Shown: piece by piece, positions 15,978 to 24,887 of the stretch
Layout: each line of letters opens with the position of its first letter
How positions within the stretch are numbered: position 1 is the stretch's first letter
NCBI GenBank assembly: GCA_001788965.1
Contig: MFXU01000004.1
Span: 1-47,329 of the forward strand
Direction: 5' to 3'
DNA from: Candidatus Peribacteria bacterium RIFCSPHIGHO2_02_FULL_51_15
GTDB taxonomy: Bacteria > Patescibacteriota > Gracilibacteria > Peribacterales > Peribacteraceae
DNA: 47,329 nucleotides
Notes under the pieces: generated by a model
The model's database searches: none
The model's input: the letters and a program-made list of their open reading frames with translations, nothing else
What the model was told of the DNA's origin: nothing
Translations under genes and position numbers: made by a program

Positions 15978-18900
15978 ATGCTGCGCTGGCTTCCCTTCGC
16001 GCGCTTTGCCATCCCCCACTCTCCTGAAAAGGAGCAGCGGCTGGTCGCGTTTTCGATAAACGACAAAAATCCTACAAACAAAGGAACAGAAGAACCCGCT
16101 GAATCTGAAGGAACAGAAAGCCGCCCGCAAACATCAAATGCAACCGGAACAAACATCGATGCTGTAAGGAAAACATTGTTCAAAGTTGCTTTAAGAGATT
16201 TGGACCCGAGCTCTCCGGATCAAGTCGACCGCCTGTCCCAGGAATATTGGGATGTCCTGAAACCAAATATCGTAAAGTCCGAAAACGGCGCACCCGAGCT
16301 GGTCGAAGATTTGATCGGCAGGATGCGCAGCCAGATAATCTCCAAACACCTGGAAGAAGAGCCGTTTCTGCTCGAACTAGGGCGAATCGATACCGAGGAA
16401 ATGCCGGAGGAAGACCAGGATGCTTTTGTAAAAAAACACGAAGTTTTGATCGACCGATATTTAAGCGGGGGAATACTGAATTCGCCGGCCCATCAAATAA
16501 TAAATCTTCTGCAAGCGTTGTTTTCGGAAGCCGTTTCGAAGCTGAAACCGAAAGAAGAGCCGGCCGGTCCGCAGGCGTTTTTCCTTTTTGAAACCGGGAA
16601 GGACGTAAATGACCGCTACGAAAAAAGCGGAATCCAGTATCAATACGCCAAGCTCTATGTAAAAAACACGCTGGATCCGACGGATTATTACAAAGATGAA
16701 TCTGAGTTTGATAAAGCTTTCGCCGAACCGATCGAGAAAAAATTAAACGAGATCATGGAAGGCAAACTTCGCTGCCCGAAAGCCTTCAAGCGCGGAAACA
16801 AACTTTATTTCAACCGCGACCTGGAGGAATACAGGGACGCGACGGTGGTCGACTCAAACACAGATCCACCGCTGACTGCAGGAAGGATCAACCGTGAACG
16901 GGCCATCACCCACGAATTGACCCATTACGAAATCGACCTGCCGTACCGTGGAGAATCCTTCATCAGGCAGGTTTTGGAACACATGAAAAAGACCGGCAAG
17001 TGGGAAGAGCTGAAAGAAGCCATCGACAAAGTCTACGCAAACAACATCGCGCGTGAAAATCTCGAATCGGACGCGGACTACGTCCACGAAGCGCTGACTT
17101 ATTACCTCTCGGGAATCCGGCATCCATACGGTCCCGGCTTGCCGCAGGCGGTCTTCGAAATCATGTCCGGGATAGTGGATGGCAGCGATGATAATTTTAG
17201 AAAATTGATATCGAGTTTGGAACGGGATGTGCAAGAGCATGAAACCTTCATGGAAAACAAGTTTGATGAACAGCTGGATCTGGATCGTGAAAACCAGGAT
17301 TTTGCCAACGCCGTACAAAACGATTCCGGTTACGATCCCGAACAAGTCCGCTTGGCCGAGAAAAAAGCCAGAGAAGAACTTGGTTACAAAGCGGATGTAA
17401 TCCGCGCCGCCGAAGCCGGAGACGAAACTCCTCCCGAAAGCCCGGAGAATGGACTCGAAGACGGTGCCAAGACTCCGAAACAAAAACACGAGCCTGCGGC
17501 GCTGCTCGATAAAGTCGAAGATTTGAAAGATAAAAACGTGGTACTGAGAAATCTTCTGGAAAAGATCGAGAAACAGGGCATACCGCCCTCGATGGACCGC
17601 GCCATGTACGAAGCGGCGCGTGCCGGCGCCAACCGGATAGTCGCACAGAACCTGGAGGATCTGGACTATGCGTCATCGCTGCTTAATCCGCTCAAAAACT
17701 GGGAGTCCGGAAGTTCGATTGAAGAAAAGGCAAAACACTTACGTGAGCTCGGCCTCGAAAACGCCGATGAATATGAAAGGCTGGCCCGCCTGATACCGCC
17801 TGACCCAAAGGCCGAGGAAGCCGCTGACCGAGCCTCGGCCGGAAAGCGCGATAAAATCGCCGGATTTATAGAGGAAGCGCTGAAAGCAGTTGAGAAACCA
17901 ATGGAAGACATATCGACTTTTGCCGACAACGCTGACAAGGAAGCTGAAAAACCGACCACCGTATTCGGAACTATAAAAAAAGGTCTTTTCGACAATGTTC
18001 ATTGGTTAACTTTTTTCGATATCATAAAGATTTACTCGATTTTCAAAGAGTCGGTACTGGACAACTACCATAACCGGCAAAAGGTACGGACTTTCGACTT
18101 CGCCCAAAACTTTAATTTTTACAAACCGATACAGGAAACCATCAATAAACAAGCCCGCGCCGCCAACCAGGAGGAAACCCAGAAATACCTGGAATATCTG
18201 CAGAAGAAAGGCTGTACCTGCGACGAGCTGTTTGGCGAAGACGGCGAAGGAAATTCAGGACTGATCCGGCGGGTCGGCACAAATACCAACTACGCCAAAG
18301 CGGTGTTGGAGTATGCAGCCGATCATGCATGGTTGTATAAATTCAAGAAGAATGCCAGAGGCACATACGACGGACACGACGTCTATGGAATCGACTATGA
18401 AGGCATTTTCGGCAAGGAGGCGTTCCGCGAGTTGGTGCAGAAGAACGAAGCCGGAAAGAAGAAGGAATTCGATCGCGGTTATGAAAGAGTGGATAAAGAT
18501 GCCGATATCCCGCCAATAATCGACGTAATGTTGGAGGAACTTGAAGAAAAGAACATCTTCGCAGTCGGAGGCCTGATGAAACGTCTCCAGGAAAAAGCTA
18601 AATTATCGCATAGTAACACATGGGCGCTTACCACATTGTTCGGCACCATGCGCGGCAAATACCTCCAAAACAAGACACCGGAAAAAGTGAGGGGGTTGCT
18701 AAACAGTCTGGACAAGGGGCTCATCGACTTCGTGTCGAACTTCACCATCGGCCAGTCAGCCTGGTCCATAACCTGGCTCAAAGTTCTGCGGCATTACATT
18801 GATCCATGGCGTAAGAATCCCGATGCTACCCCGTTCACCAACAACATCCTCACCAAGACGATTGATAGAATCGAGAGACGCATGGTGCATGATGGGACCG

Positions 18901-19544
18901 ACAAGGAATTCCCCAACCGTAAGGACTTCGATGAGGCGGTCGCTTACGTCCTGTCAGGCAAAACCTTGAAACAGGGCGAAAGTATCGGTGGCCGTGTCAT
19001 AACGAATAACATTAAGCCGATTTCCATCTTTGAAGATGAATTCACCGATTATAGAAACAAGTTCTTCGACACTGCAAGCACTTCCACGGAACCGACAAAA
19101 ACGGATGATGACTTCTGGAATCCGAAAAACGGCGGTTCCGACGTGCTTCTGCTCGGAAGAATCCCGACAGCGCAAATCCTTGAGCGCAAGTCAACAGGCA
19201 CCTTCGAATATCAAATCCAAGCCAGAGGTTATTTCGCACAGGTATTCAACCGCTTCGATGATCTTACAAAAGAAGCTAATCAAGCACCGGATGCTAGCAG
19301 CAAGGCAAGCATTTTGAAGGCAAGGGATAATTTTATTGCCGATATGCGGAAAAAATTATTCGATGAAAAAAACCGGGCCGGCTGGATATATGGAGGAGTT
19401 CTCGGGAATAATACGTCACTGAAGCAATTCCCCACCGAACAGGACACCATGGGCAGAATTATACTTGATGAATTGCTTAAAGTCGGCATCATTTCCTCAG
19501 AAATCCACGAGGAAATTAAGAGGAAGGCAGCAAATATTAAATAA
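15978..19544 (+). CDS. large (1188 aa) acidic orphan protein with a single HExxH motif
   Basis: Uninterrupted 3.57-kb ORF. HELTH is encoded at 16911-16925. Long charged stretches look coiled-coil-like. I recognise no other family signature. Confidence 0.6.
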   Translation: MLRWLPFARFAIPHSPEKEQRLVAFSINDKNPTNKGTEEPAESEGTESRPQTSNATGTNIDAVRKTLFKVALRDLDPSSPDQVDRLSQEYWDVLKPNIVKSENGAPELVEDLIGRMRSQIISKHLEEEPFLLELGRIDTEEMPEEDQDAFVKKHEVLIDRYLSGGILNSPAHQIINLLQALFSEAVSKLKPKEEPAGPQAFFLFETGKDVNDRYEKSGIQYQYAKLYVKNTLDPTDYYKDESEFDKAFAEPIEKKLNEIMEGKLRCPKAFKRGNKLYFNRDLEEYRDATVVDSNTDPPLTAGRINRERAITHELTHYEIDLPYRGESFIRQVLEHMKKTGKWEELKEAIDKVYANNIARENLESDADYVHEALTYYLSGIRHPYGPGLPQAVFEIMSGIVDGSDDNFRKLISSLERDVQEHETFMENKFDEQLDLDRENQDFANAVQNDSGYDPEQVRLAEKKAREELGYKADVIRAAEAGDETPPESPENGLEDGAKTPKQKHEPAALLDKVEDLKDKNVVLRNLLEKIEKQGIPPSMDRAMYEAARAGANRIVAQNLEDLDYASSLLNPLKNWESGSSIEEKAKHLRELGLENADEYERLARLIPPDPKAEEAADRASAGKRDKIAGFIEEALKAVEKPMEDISTFADNADKEAEKPTTVFGTIKKGLFDNVHWLTFFDIIKIYSIFKESVLDNYHNRQKVRTFDFAQNFNFYKPIQETINKQARAANQEETQKYLEYLQKKGCTCDELFGEDGEGNSGLIRRVGTNTNYAKAVLEYAADHAWLYKFKKNARGTYDGHDVYGIDYEGIFGKEAFRELVQKNEAGKKKEFDRGYERVDKDADIPPIIDVMLEELEEKNIFAVGGLMKRLQEKAKLSHSNTWALTTLFGTMRGKYLQNKTPEKVRGLLNSLDKGLIDFVSNFTIGQSAWSITWLKVLRHYIDPWRKNPDATPFTNNILTKTIDRIERRMVHDGTDKEFPNRKDFDEAVAYVLSGKTLKQGESIGGRVITNNIKPISIFEDEFTDYRNKFFDTASTSTEPTKTDDDFWNPKNGGSDVLLLGRIPTAQILERKSTGTFEYQIQARGYFAQVFNRFDDLTKEANQAPDASSKASILKARDNFIADMRKKLFDEKNRAGWIYGGVLGNNTSLKQFPTEQDTMGRIILDELLKVGIISSEIHEEIKRKAANIK

Positions 19545-19552
19545 GAAGAAGC

Positions 19553-19630
19553 TCACCCCGTACTCCCAAAACCGCCTCTGGTCTCCGCCCCGTGATCATC
19601 GACTTCTTTCCACTCCGCCCGGTCGATTCT
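19553..19630 (-). pseudogene. displaced, diverged duplicate of the dut 3' end
   Basis: Encodes RIDRAEWKEVDDHGAETRGGFGSTG*, compared with the gene-contiguous KIDRAEWKEVSSHGSETRGGFGSTG* (19924-20001). Both copies begin with the same AATCGACCGGGCGGAGTGGAAAGA tract. Confidence 0.7.
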
Positions 19631-19884
19631 TATGCCGCTGCCGCCAACCCCGTATGCCGCTCCAGTCGCGTGACGCGGGTCTTCAGTGAATCGATCCCAT
19701 CTTTCGTCGCGCCGACGATATCATGCTTAAAGTTCTCCAGGAGCAGCCCCATCTGTTCCAAAATGCGGTATTCCATCGCACTCATGTCCGATTTCATCTC
19801 CGCCCGAAGATCCATAATATCCACCTTCGTCGCAGGATCGGAACGCCGGAATTTCTTCTTCGCGGGTTTTGTCATAGGACGCAT
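19630..19884 (-). CDS. small basic/coiled-coil protein lying between the two dut 3' ends
   Basis: 84-aa ORF with an ATG start. The N-terminus is KKKFRR-rich, followed by heptad-like helices. Confidence 0.45.
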   Translation of the reverse strand: MRPMTKPAKKKFRRSDPATKVDIMDLRAEMKSDMSAMEYRILEQMGLLLENFKHDIVGATKDGIDSLKTRVTRLERHTGLAAAA

Positions 19885-19923
19885 TTTACGCGCAGTGGAA
19901 ATGGTGTCAAAAAAAAATCTGCC

Positions 19924-20352
19924 TCAACCGGTGCTGCCGAACCCGCCCCGTGTCTCCGACCCGTGCGAAGAGACCTCTTTCCACTCCGCCCGGTCGATTT
20001 TGACGAAGAGCCCCTGCGCTATCCGCTCCCCTCTCTCGACCGTCACCGGATGATCGGTGGTGTTTTGAACCTGGACGAAAATCTCATCTTTTTCTCCATG
20101 GTAATCATGGTCGATTAGGCCGAGAGAATGCGGGCAAATCAGGCCTTTTTTCCGGGGCAGCGAAGAACGCGGCAATATCAGCAAAGCATAGCCATCCGGT
20201 ACTTTTACAATCACGTTTCCCGGAACCAGACCGATGGATTTGGGCTCAATTATCGTGGTTTCACGAGTTATCAGATCAAAGGCCGCCGCCCCCCCGGTTT
20301 GGTATTGGGGTAGGGGCAAGGTGGAATCTATTCGTTGAATCTGAGCTTTCAT
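19924..20352 (-). CDS. dut: dUTP diphosphatase
   Basis: 142 aa. Motifs GAAAFDL, GLIDHDYHGE and C-terminal RGGFGSTG. Confidence 0.9.
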   Translation of the reverse strand: MKAQIQRIDSTLPLPQYQTGGAAAFDLITRETTIIEPKSIGLVPGNVIVKVPDGYALLILPRSSLPRKKGLICPHSLGLIDHDYHGEKDEIFVQVQNTTDHPVTVERGERIAQGLFVKIDRAEWKEVSSHGSETRGGFGSTG

Positions 20353-20795
20353 TGCTAAATTGTTAAATTGCTAAATTGTTAACTTCAAATTCGTGAATTT
20401 TATGAGGGCATTGATTTCCTTTGGTAATTTCTGCGGCTCAGAAAGGATGTGTCTATAATGCTGTTCTGTAAGTAATTTCCTCTTTTTCGATTTTTGATTC
20501 CAATCAAGAGATTCCTTAACAGATCCAAAACTGTAACGATAGAAATTAACTTTGTCTTTTTTGCCATATCGGCCAAATCCTTCCGCGATATTGGCCGAAA
20601 TAGAATCGACTGCTCTGACAAACTGCTTACCAACCGTATCCTTCGGAAAATAATCCCATTTTATAACCGCATCCCAAACAAAGTTTGAGAGATGAAAAGC
20701 CATTTTGTAAGCGCCAACATCATTAAGGGAAAGAAAAGTTTTTTCCATATCTAATTTTTTAAAATAACAATTTAGCAATTTAACAATTTAGTAAT
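20351..20795. repeat. L-family periodic-arm palindrome carrying an ORF in its loop (L4)
   Basis: The left arm ATTGCTAAATTGTTAAATTGCTAAATTGTTAAC (20351-20383) is complementary to the right arm TAACAATTTAGCAATTTAACAATTTAGTAAT (20765-20795). The enclosed gene's stop codon lies inside the left arm. Confidence 0.75.
20371..20748 (-). CDS. four-helix-bundle protein (23S rRNA intervening-sequence protein / Avd-like family)
   Basis: 125 aa. YKMAFHLSNFVWD..., VRAVDSISANIAEGFGRYGKKDKVNFYRYSFGSVKES is characteristic of the PF05635/TIGR02436-type family. Confidence 0.75.
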   Translation of the reverse strand: MEKTFLSLNDVGAYKMAFHLSNFVWDAVIKWDYFPKDTVGKQFVRAVDSISANIAEGFGRYGKKDKVNFYRYSFGSVKESLDWNQKSKKRKLLTEQHYRHILSEPQKLPKEINALIKFTNLKLTI

Positions 20796-20821
20796 CGTAA
20801 AAGTGTGACAAAGCACCAAAC

Positions 20822-22096
20822 TTACTTCCCGATCTTCTTCCTCATAAACGTCGGCACCTCCAGCTCTTCCTCGTTAAGTTGTTGTCCGGCGAGTTTGATC
20901 ACGGCTTCGTCGGTACGCTCCATCTTTCCCGCGCCCTGCTCGTTGGCTTTCTTGAATGACGGCAGCGTCTTCAGCATCGGGACTGCGGAACCCGACATCA
21001 TGTTGTCCTTTTTCTCCTCGAAACCGGTGGCTATTACGGTGCATTTTATCTGGCCGGTATAGGCGTCGTCTATCACTGCTCCGAAGATGATATTGGCCTC
21101 GGGATCGGCGGCTTCGGTGATGATCCTGGCGGCTTCGTCCACTTCAAACATGCTGAGATCGTTTCCGCCGGTGATATTGAACAGTATGCCTTTGGCCCCG
21201 CTGATAGAGAGCTCCAGAAGCGGGCTGTCGATGGCTGCGCGGGCAGCCTCGGCGGCGCGGCTGTCACCTGTCCCGTACCCTATGCCCATCAAAGCCGAAC
21301 CGGCATCCTGCATGACCGAACGCACGTCGGCGAAGTCCACGTTCACAAGTCCGTGAACCGTGATCAGGCTGGCTATGCCCTCGATGCCGTGGCGGAGTAT
21401 CTCATCCACGATCTGGAAAGCCTCGGTAAGCGGAGTGGTTTTGTCAATAAGGGACAAAATCTTGTCATTCGGTATGGTGATCAGCGTATCCACTTTTCCT
21501 TTCAACGCATCGAGGGCTTCCTCGGCCTGCTTGCGCCTCCTGAGACCCTCGAACGAAAACGGCCGGGTGACGACTCCAACTGTCAGGACGCCCATGCTCC
21601 GGGCCAGTTCGGCGATATACGGACCGGCGCCTGATCCCGTGCCTCCGCCAAGCCCGGCGGTGATGAAAACCAGATCCGCCCCTTCGATGGCTTTCTTGAG
21701 CTCCTCCGAGCTTTCCTTGGCCGCCTGCAAACCTATGTCGGGATTGGCCCCCGCACCGAGACCCCGGGTCGTACCCCGACCGATATTGACCTTTGTCTGC
21801 GCGGGGCTGTGAAACAGCGCCTGGGCATCGGTATTCACCGCAATGAATTCAACGCCCACCACTTTCCCGGTTATCATCCGCGCAACGGCGTTTGATCCCC
21901 CGCCTCCGATACCTATCACACGGATAACGGCGTTCGGCGTGCTGTCCGGTCGTACCTCCTGATATGCCGCGGACTTCGCCGTGTCATCGAATGCGGCACC
22001 TGACTGACCCGAACTTCTGGAACTGAAAAGCCCTCCCCCGGAATTCGAGGATGATCCTTTTGAGCCGGAGAAAAGCGAGCGGAGCGTATCTGACAT
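20822..22096 (-). CDS. ftsZ: cell division protein FtsZ
   Basis: [10 protein letters not shown] and the tubulin signature [12 protein letters not shown]. Conserved C-terminal peptide [10 protein letters not shown]. Confidence 0.95.
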   Translation of the reverse strand: MSDTLRSLFSGSKGSSSNSGGGLFSSRSSGQSGAAFDDTAKSAAYQEVRPDSTPNAVIRVIGIGGGGSNAVARMITGKVVGVEFIAVNTDAQALFHSPAQTKVNIGRGTTRGLGAGANPDIGLQAAKESSEELKKAIEGADLVFITAGLGGGTGSGAGPYIAELARSMGVLTVGVVTRPFSFEGLRRRKQAEEALDALKGKVDTLITIPNDKILSLIDKTTPLTEAFQIVDEILRHGIEGIASLITVHGLVNVDFADVRSVMQDAGSALMGIGYGTGDSRAAEAARAAIDSPLLELSISGAKGILFNITGGNDLSMFEVDEAARIITEAADPEANIIFGAVIDDAYTGQIKCTVIATGFEEKKDNMMSGSAVPMLKTLPSFKKANEQGAGKMERTDEAVIKLAGQQLNEEELEVPTFMRKKIGK

Positions 22097-22132
22097 GGGA
22101 ATGGGGGGAACAGGGGGGGTGGTTTTGATTAA

Positions 22133-23371
22133 TCAGGGAAGCAGATTTTTGAACCAGGAGCCGACATGGCCGAAAGCGCGCCGGACGTCGAAATTCGCCA
22201 TCGAAAAACTGCTCCGGCGCTGACCTTCGCGGACTCCCCAGAGAAGCGTGCCGAGCGCCGTGGCGTACGCCGGATCGTCCACCTTTTCTATAACGCCTCC
22301 GATATCGACCGGGAAACCCATTTGCACGGGCAGCCCCAGCACTTCTCTGGCGATATCCAAAACGCCGGGTGCTTTGACCGCCGCTCCGGTGAGTAACGCG
22401 CCCGCGGGGAGGAGCCCGTCGCGGCCGATTCTCTTCAGCTCTTCTTTTACCAGGGAGAATATTTCGTAATACCGAGCCTGCATGATTTCAGCCATGTATT
22501 TCTTGCTGACTGTTTGGGTATCCATTTTTGAGACGGTGGACAGGTCTATCATCTCGCGTTCCTGTATTTCCGCAGGCAAAACCGATCCGTATTCGATTTT
22601 AATTTTTTCCGCCGTGTCGATCGAAGTCCGGAGCCCGATGGCTATATCGTTCGTTACGTTTTCACCGCCGACCGGCAGGCTGACGGAGTGCAGGATAGTG
22701 CCTTCCTCGAACACCGCGACACTCGTCGAGCCGGCGCCGACATCGATCGTCACTACTCCGAGTTCTTTCTGCCGCTTGGTCAAAACCGCTTCGGAGATAG
22801 CGATAGTCGCCGGGACCAAAGCATCGATATCCACCCCGGCCTGGTCGATGCACTTTTCCATGTTTTTCACATGCTGTATCTGGCCGGTGATGATGTGCGC
22901 TTCCACCTCGAGCCGTATCCCTGTCATGCCCACCGGATTTTTTATGCCGCGCTGTTCGTCCACCGCGTAGGACTTTGGTTCGATGTGAAGGATGCTCCGG
23001 TTACTGGGAATACTGACCGCCTGCGCGGCTTCCAAAACTCTGGCCACGTCTTCCACCGTTATTTCGCTCCCCGAGATGGCTATCACTCCCCGGCTGTCGA
23101 AAGCTTCGATATGCGAACCGCTCATCCCGACGAACACATGATTTATCGGGACGCCGGCCATTCTTTCGGCATCCTCCAAGGATGAAATGATATTGTGGAT
23201 AGTTTCCTCGATATCGATGACATGTCCCTTGCGCATCCCCAGCGAAGGCGACAAACCGACTCCTATGACGCTCGGCACCTGGCCGCCGTCGACTGCATCG
23301 ACAACCGCGACAACGGTACGAATTTTCGCACTACCGACGTCTAAACTGGAAATAACGCGTTCCTTGGCCAT
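22133..23371 (-). CDS. ftsA: cell division protein FtsA
   Basis: 412 aa. Actin-like ATPase motifs SLDVGSAKIR and TIDVGAGSTSVAVF. Lies immediately upstream of ftsZ. Confidence 0.9.
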   Translation of the reverse strand: MAKERVISSLDVGSAKIRTVVAVVDAVDGGQVPSVIGVGLSPSLGMRKGHVIDIEETIHNIISSLEDAERMAGVPINHVFVGMSGSHIEAFDSRGVIAISGSEITVEDVARVLEAAQAVSIPSNRSILHIEPKSYAVDEQRGIKNPVGMTGIRLEVEAHIITGQIQHVKNMEKCIDQAGVDIDALVPATIAISEAVLTKRQKELGVVTIDVGAGSTSVAVFEEGTILHSVSLPVGGENVTNDIAIGLRTSIDTAEKIKIEYGSVLPAEIQEREMIDLSTVSKMDTQTVSKKYMAEIMQARYYEIFSLVKEELKRIGRDGLLPAGALLTGAAVKAPGVLDIAREVLGLPVQMGFPVDIGGVIEKVDDPAYATALGTLLWGVREGQRRSSFSMANFDVRRAFGHVGSWFKNLLP

Positions 23372-23645
23372 AGAAGTGAGGGGGATGGTGGATCGAAGCG
23401 AAAACGTTCCTTTTATTGGGGAACGTAAAACTGGTCCCCAGTCTAAAGAAGGACACTAAATGGCTGCAATAGCCGATTGACTAAGTTTGGTGCTCAAAGC
23501 GGCAAAAAACGCGCTGAAAATAATAATTTAATCGCGCTGGTTCATGCGGATATTTTATCCGGGTTTCATTTTTTTTATTCATCAATATATTAAAGAACAC
23601 AAAAAGTGTTCGGAGAAGGCGAATGAATTCGCCATTCAGCCGTTC

Positions 23646-23675
23646 GTTAACCGCCGATTTAAATCGGCGGTTAAC
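23646..23675. repeat. perfect 30-bp palindrome
   Basis: GTTAACCGCCGATTTAAATCGGCGGTTAAC, flanked by the hairpins GGCGAATGAATTCGCC and GCGGAATTTATTCCGC. Confidence 0.8.
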
Positions 23676-23689
23676 GTTTTCACGAGAAA

Positions 23690-23705
23690 GCGGAATTTAT
23701 TCCGC
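23690..23705 (-). terminator. candidate terminator hairpin after the 5'-3' exonuclease gene
   Basis: GCGGAAT-TT-ATTCCGC lies 3 nt after the stop. The following T-tract is weak (CTTTCT). Confidence 0.35.
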
Positions 23706-23707
23706 CT

Positions 23708-24685
23708 TTAGAGTAAGGTCATCTGACCCTCCATCGATTCATTTTTTTGTGATTTTTCTTCAGTCTTTTTTATGCCGATCGGGTTGGCGCTTTTGAAATG
23801 CGCCTGCCCGAAAGACGTTGCCAGGAAAGATTCAAACCGTTTGATCAGTAACGTAAATTGCAGCGAGTTGAAAATAGAAAATATCGGTTCGGCTGGAATA
23901 TTTTCAAAGACAAACTCTTCGATCGGGCGCGTCTCCGGGATATCACAAACCAGGAGCGCCATTCTCTGGCAGAAGAAGGCCTGCTGCCTGCCCGCCTCCA
24001 GCTTCGATCTCCAGACAGGTTTGATCTTTTCCAGATTTTGATAAAGGTTCTCCAGCGTCTGGTATTCCTGAAGCAATTCCGTTGCAGCCACCGGACCGAT
24101 GCCCTTCACCCCTTTCAGATTGTCAGAGGAATCTCCGACCAGCCCCTTATAAGAAGGTATCTGATCCGGAGTCACCCCAAATTTTTTTTCCACTTCTGAT
24201 GGGCCGAAATATTCGGCGGCCTGGTAGGCCTTGTGCGGGATGGCAATCCGAATTTTGTCCGAGGCCAGCTGCATCAGATCCCGATCGCCGGAAATAATCG
24301 TCACGCGGTTCCCGTCTCCTACGGCTTTTTTTGCATACGTACAGGCAAAGTCGTCCGCCTCGTATTTCCGGCCTGAAACGCTTCGGATGCCGAAAGCATC
24401 GATCATTTCCAGCGTGCGCGGTATCTGGGTATAAAAATCATCGGGCGTCTCCGCGCGGCCGCCTTTGTATTCAACATATTCCTTGTGCCTGAAAGTCTCA
24501 TCTCCCGCGTCGAAACAAAACATGATGCTGTCCGGCTGTTCGGTCTTCAAAATCTGAAGCAGCATCGAAGCGACACCGAAAGCGGTGTTTGACTGTTCTC
24601 CGGCGGAAGTCCTCATGGTTCTGGGTATCGCCCAGTAAGCCCGGTACATCAGGTGGTGGCCATCTACGATGACAAAATGGCTCAT
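23708..24685 (-). CDS. stand-alone 5'-3' exonuclease (FEN / Pol I N-terminal domain type)
   Basis: 325 aa. PIN-like N-terminal domain (VIVDGHHLMYRAYWA) and H3TH motif (GVKGIGPVAATELL). No polymerase domain. Confidence 0.85.
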   Translation of the reverse strand: MSHFVIVDGHHLMYRAYWAIPRTMRTSAGEQSNTAFGVASMLLQILKTEQPDSIMFCFDAGDETFRHKEYVEYKGGRAETPDDFYTQIPRTLEMIDAFGIRSVSGRKYEADDFACTYAKKAVGDGNRVTIISGDRDLMQLASDKIRIAIPHKAYQAAEYFGPSEVEKKFGVTPDQIPSYKGLVGDSSDNLKGVKGIGPVAATELLQEYQTLENLYQNLEKIKPVWRSKLEAGRQQAFFCQRMALLVCDIPETRPIEEFVFENIPAEPIFSIFNSLQFTLLIKRFESFLATSFGQAHFKSANPIGIKKTEEKSQKNESMEGQMTLL

Positions 24686-24694
24686 CAGAATAAT

Positions 24695-24798
24695 AAGTAA
24701 GGAAGGTAATGGAGGTAAGGGAGGTAAGGGAGGTGACGAAGCAAGGGAATCGCGACACCTTCCTTACTTTCCTTACGTTCCTTACCTACCTTACCTTT
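24695..24798. repeat. K-family periodic-arm palindrome (K1)
   Basis: Arms are AGGTAAGG-type octamers (AAGGAAGGTAATGGAGGTAAGGGAGGTAAGGGAGG) and their complement. The core GTGACGAAGCAAGGGAATCGCGACACC is related to the K2 core. Confidence 0.8.
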
Positions 24799-24887
24799 CT
24801 TTTGCTTCTCCTAAAACATATAACCATATAACAATATATCAATATAACAATTCCTTAGAGCTGAAATTTAAGCCAAAAACCGCTATA

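Noticed and set aside
19630-20795. The Avd-like four-helix-bundle gene might indicate a diversity-generating retroelement.
   Set aside because: There is no reverse transcriptase ORF anywhere in the window. I could find no template/variable repeat pair with A-specific mismatches. The neighbouring genes are dut and ftsZ.
24669-24887. N-terminal extensions in the ORF track that run through repeats: 24669 for the GT-like gene, 35806 for ruvC, 26137 for the Sel1 protein, 44138 for the MurL-like gene, 42234 for the Cys-rich gene, 31669 for prs and 4393-5085 for NUDIX.
   Set aside because: The extensions translate palindromic repeats or a tRNA into low-complexity peptide. Canonical family N-termini begin at internal ATGs (for example MRILGIDPG for RuvC and MHLFSGSSHP for Prs).
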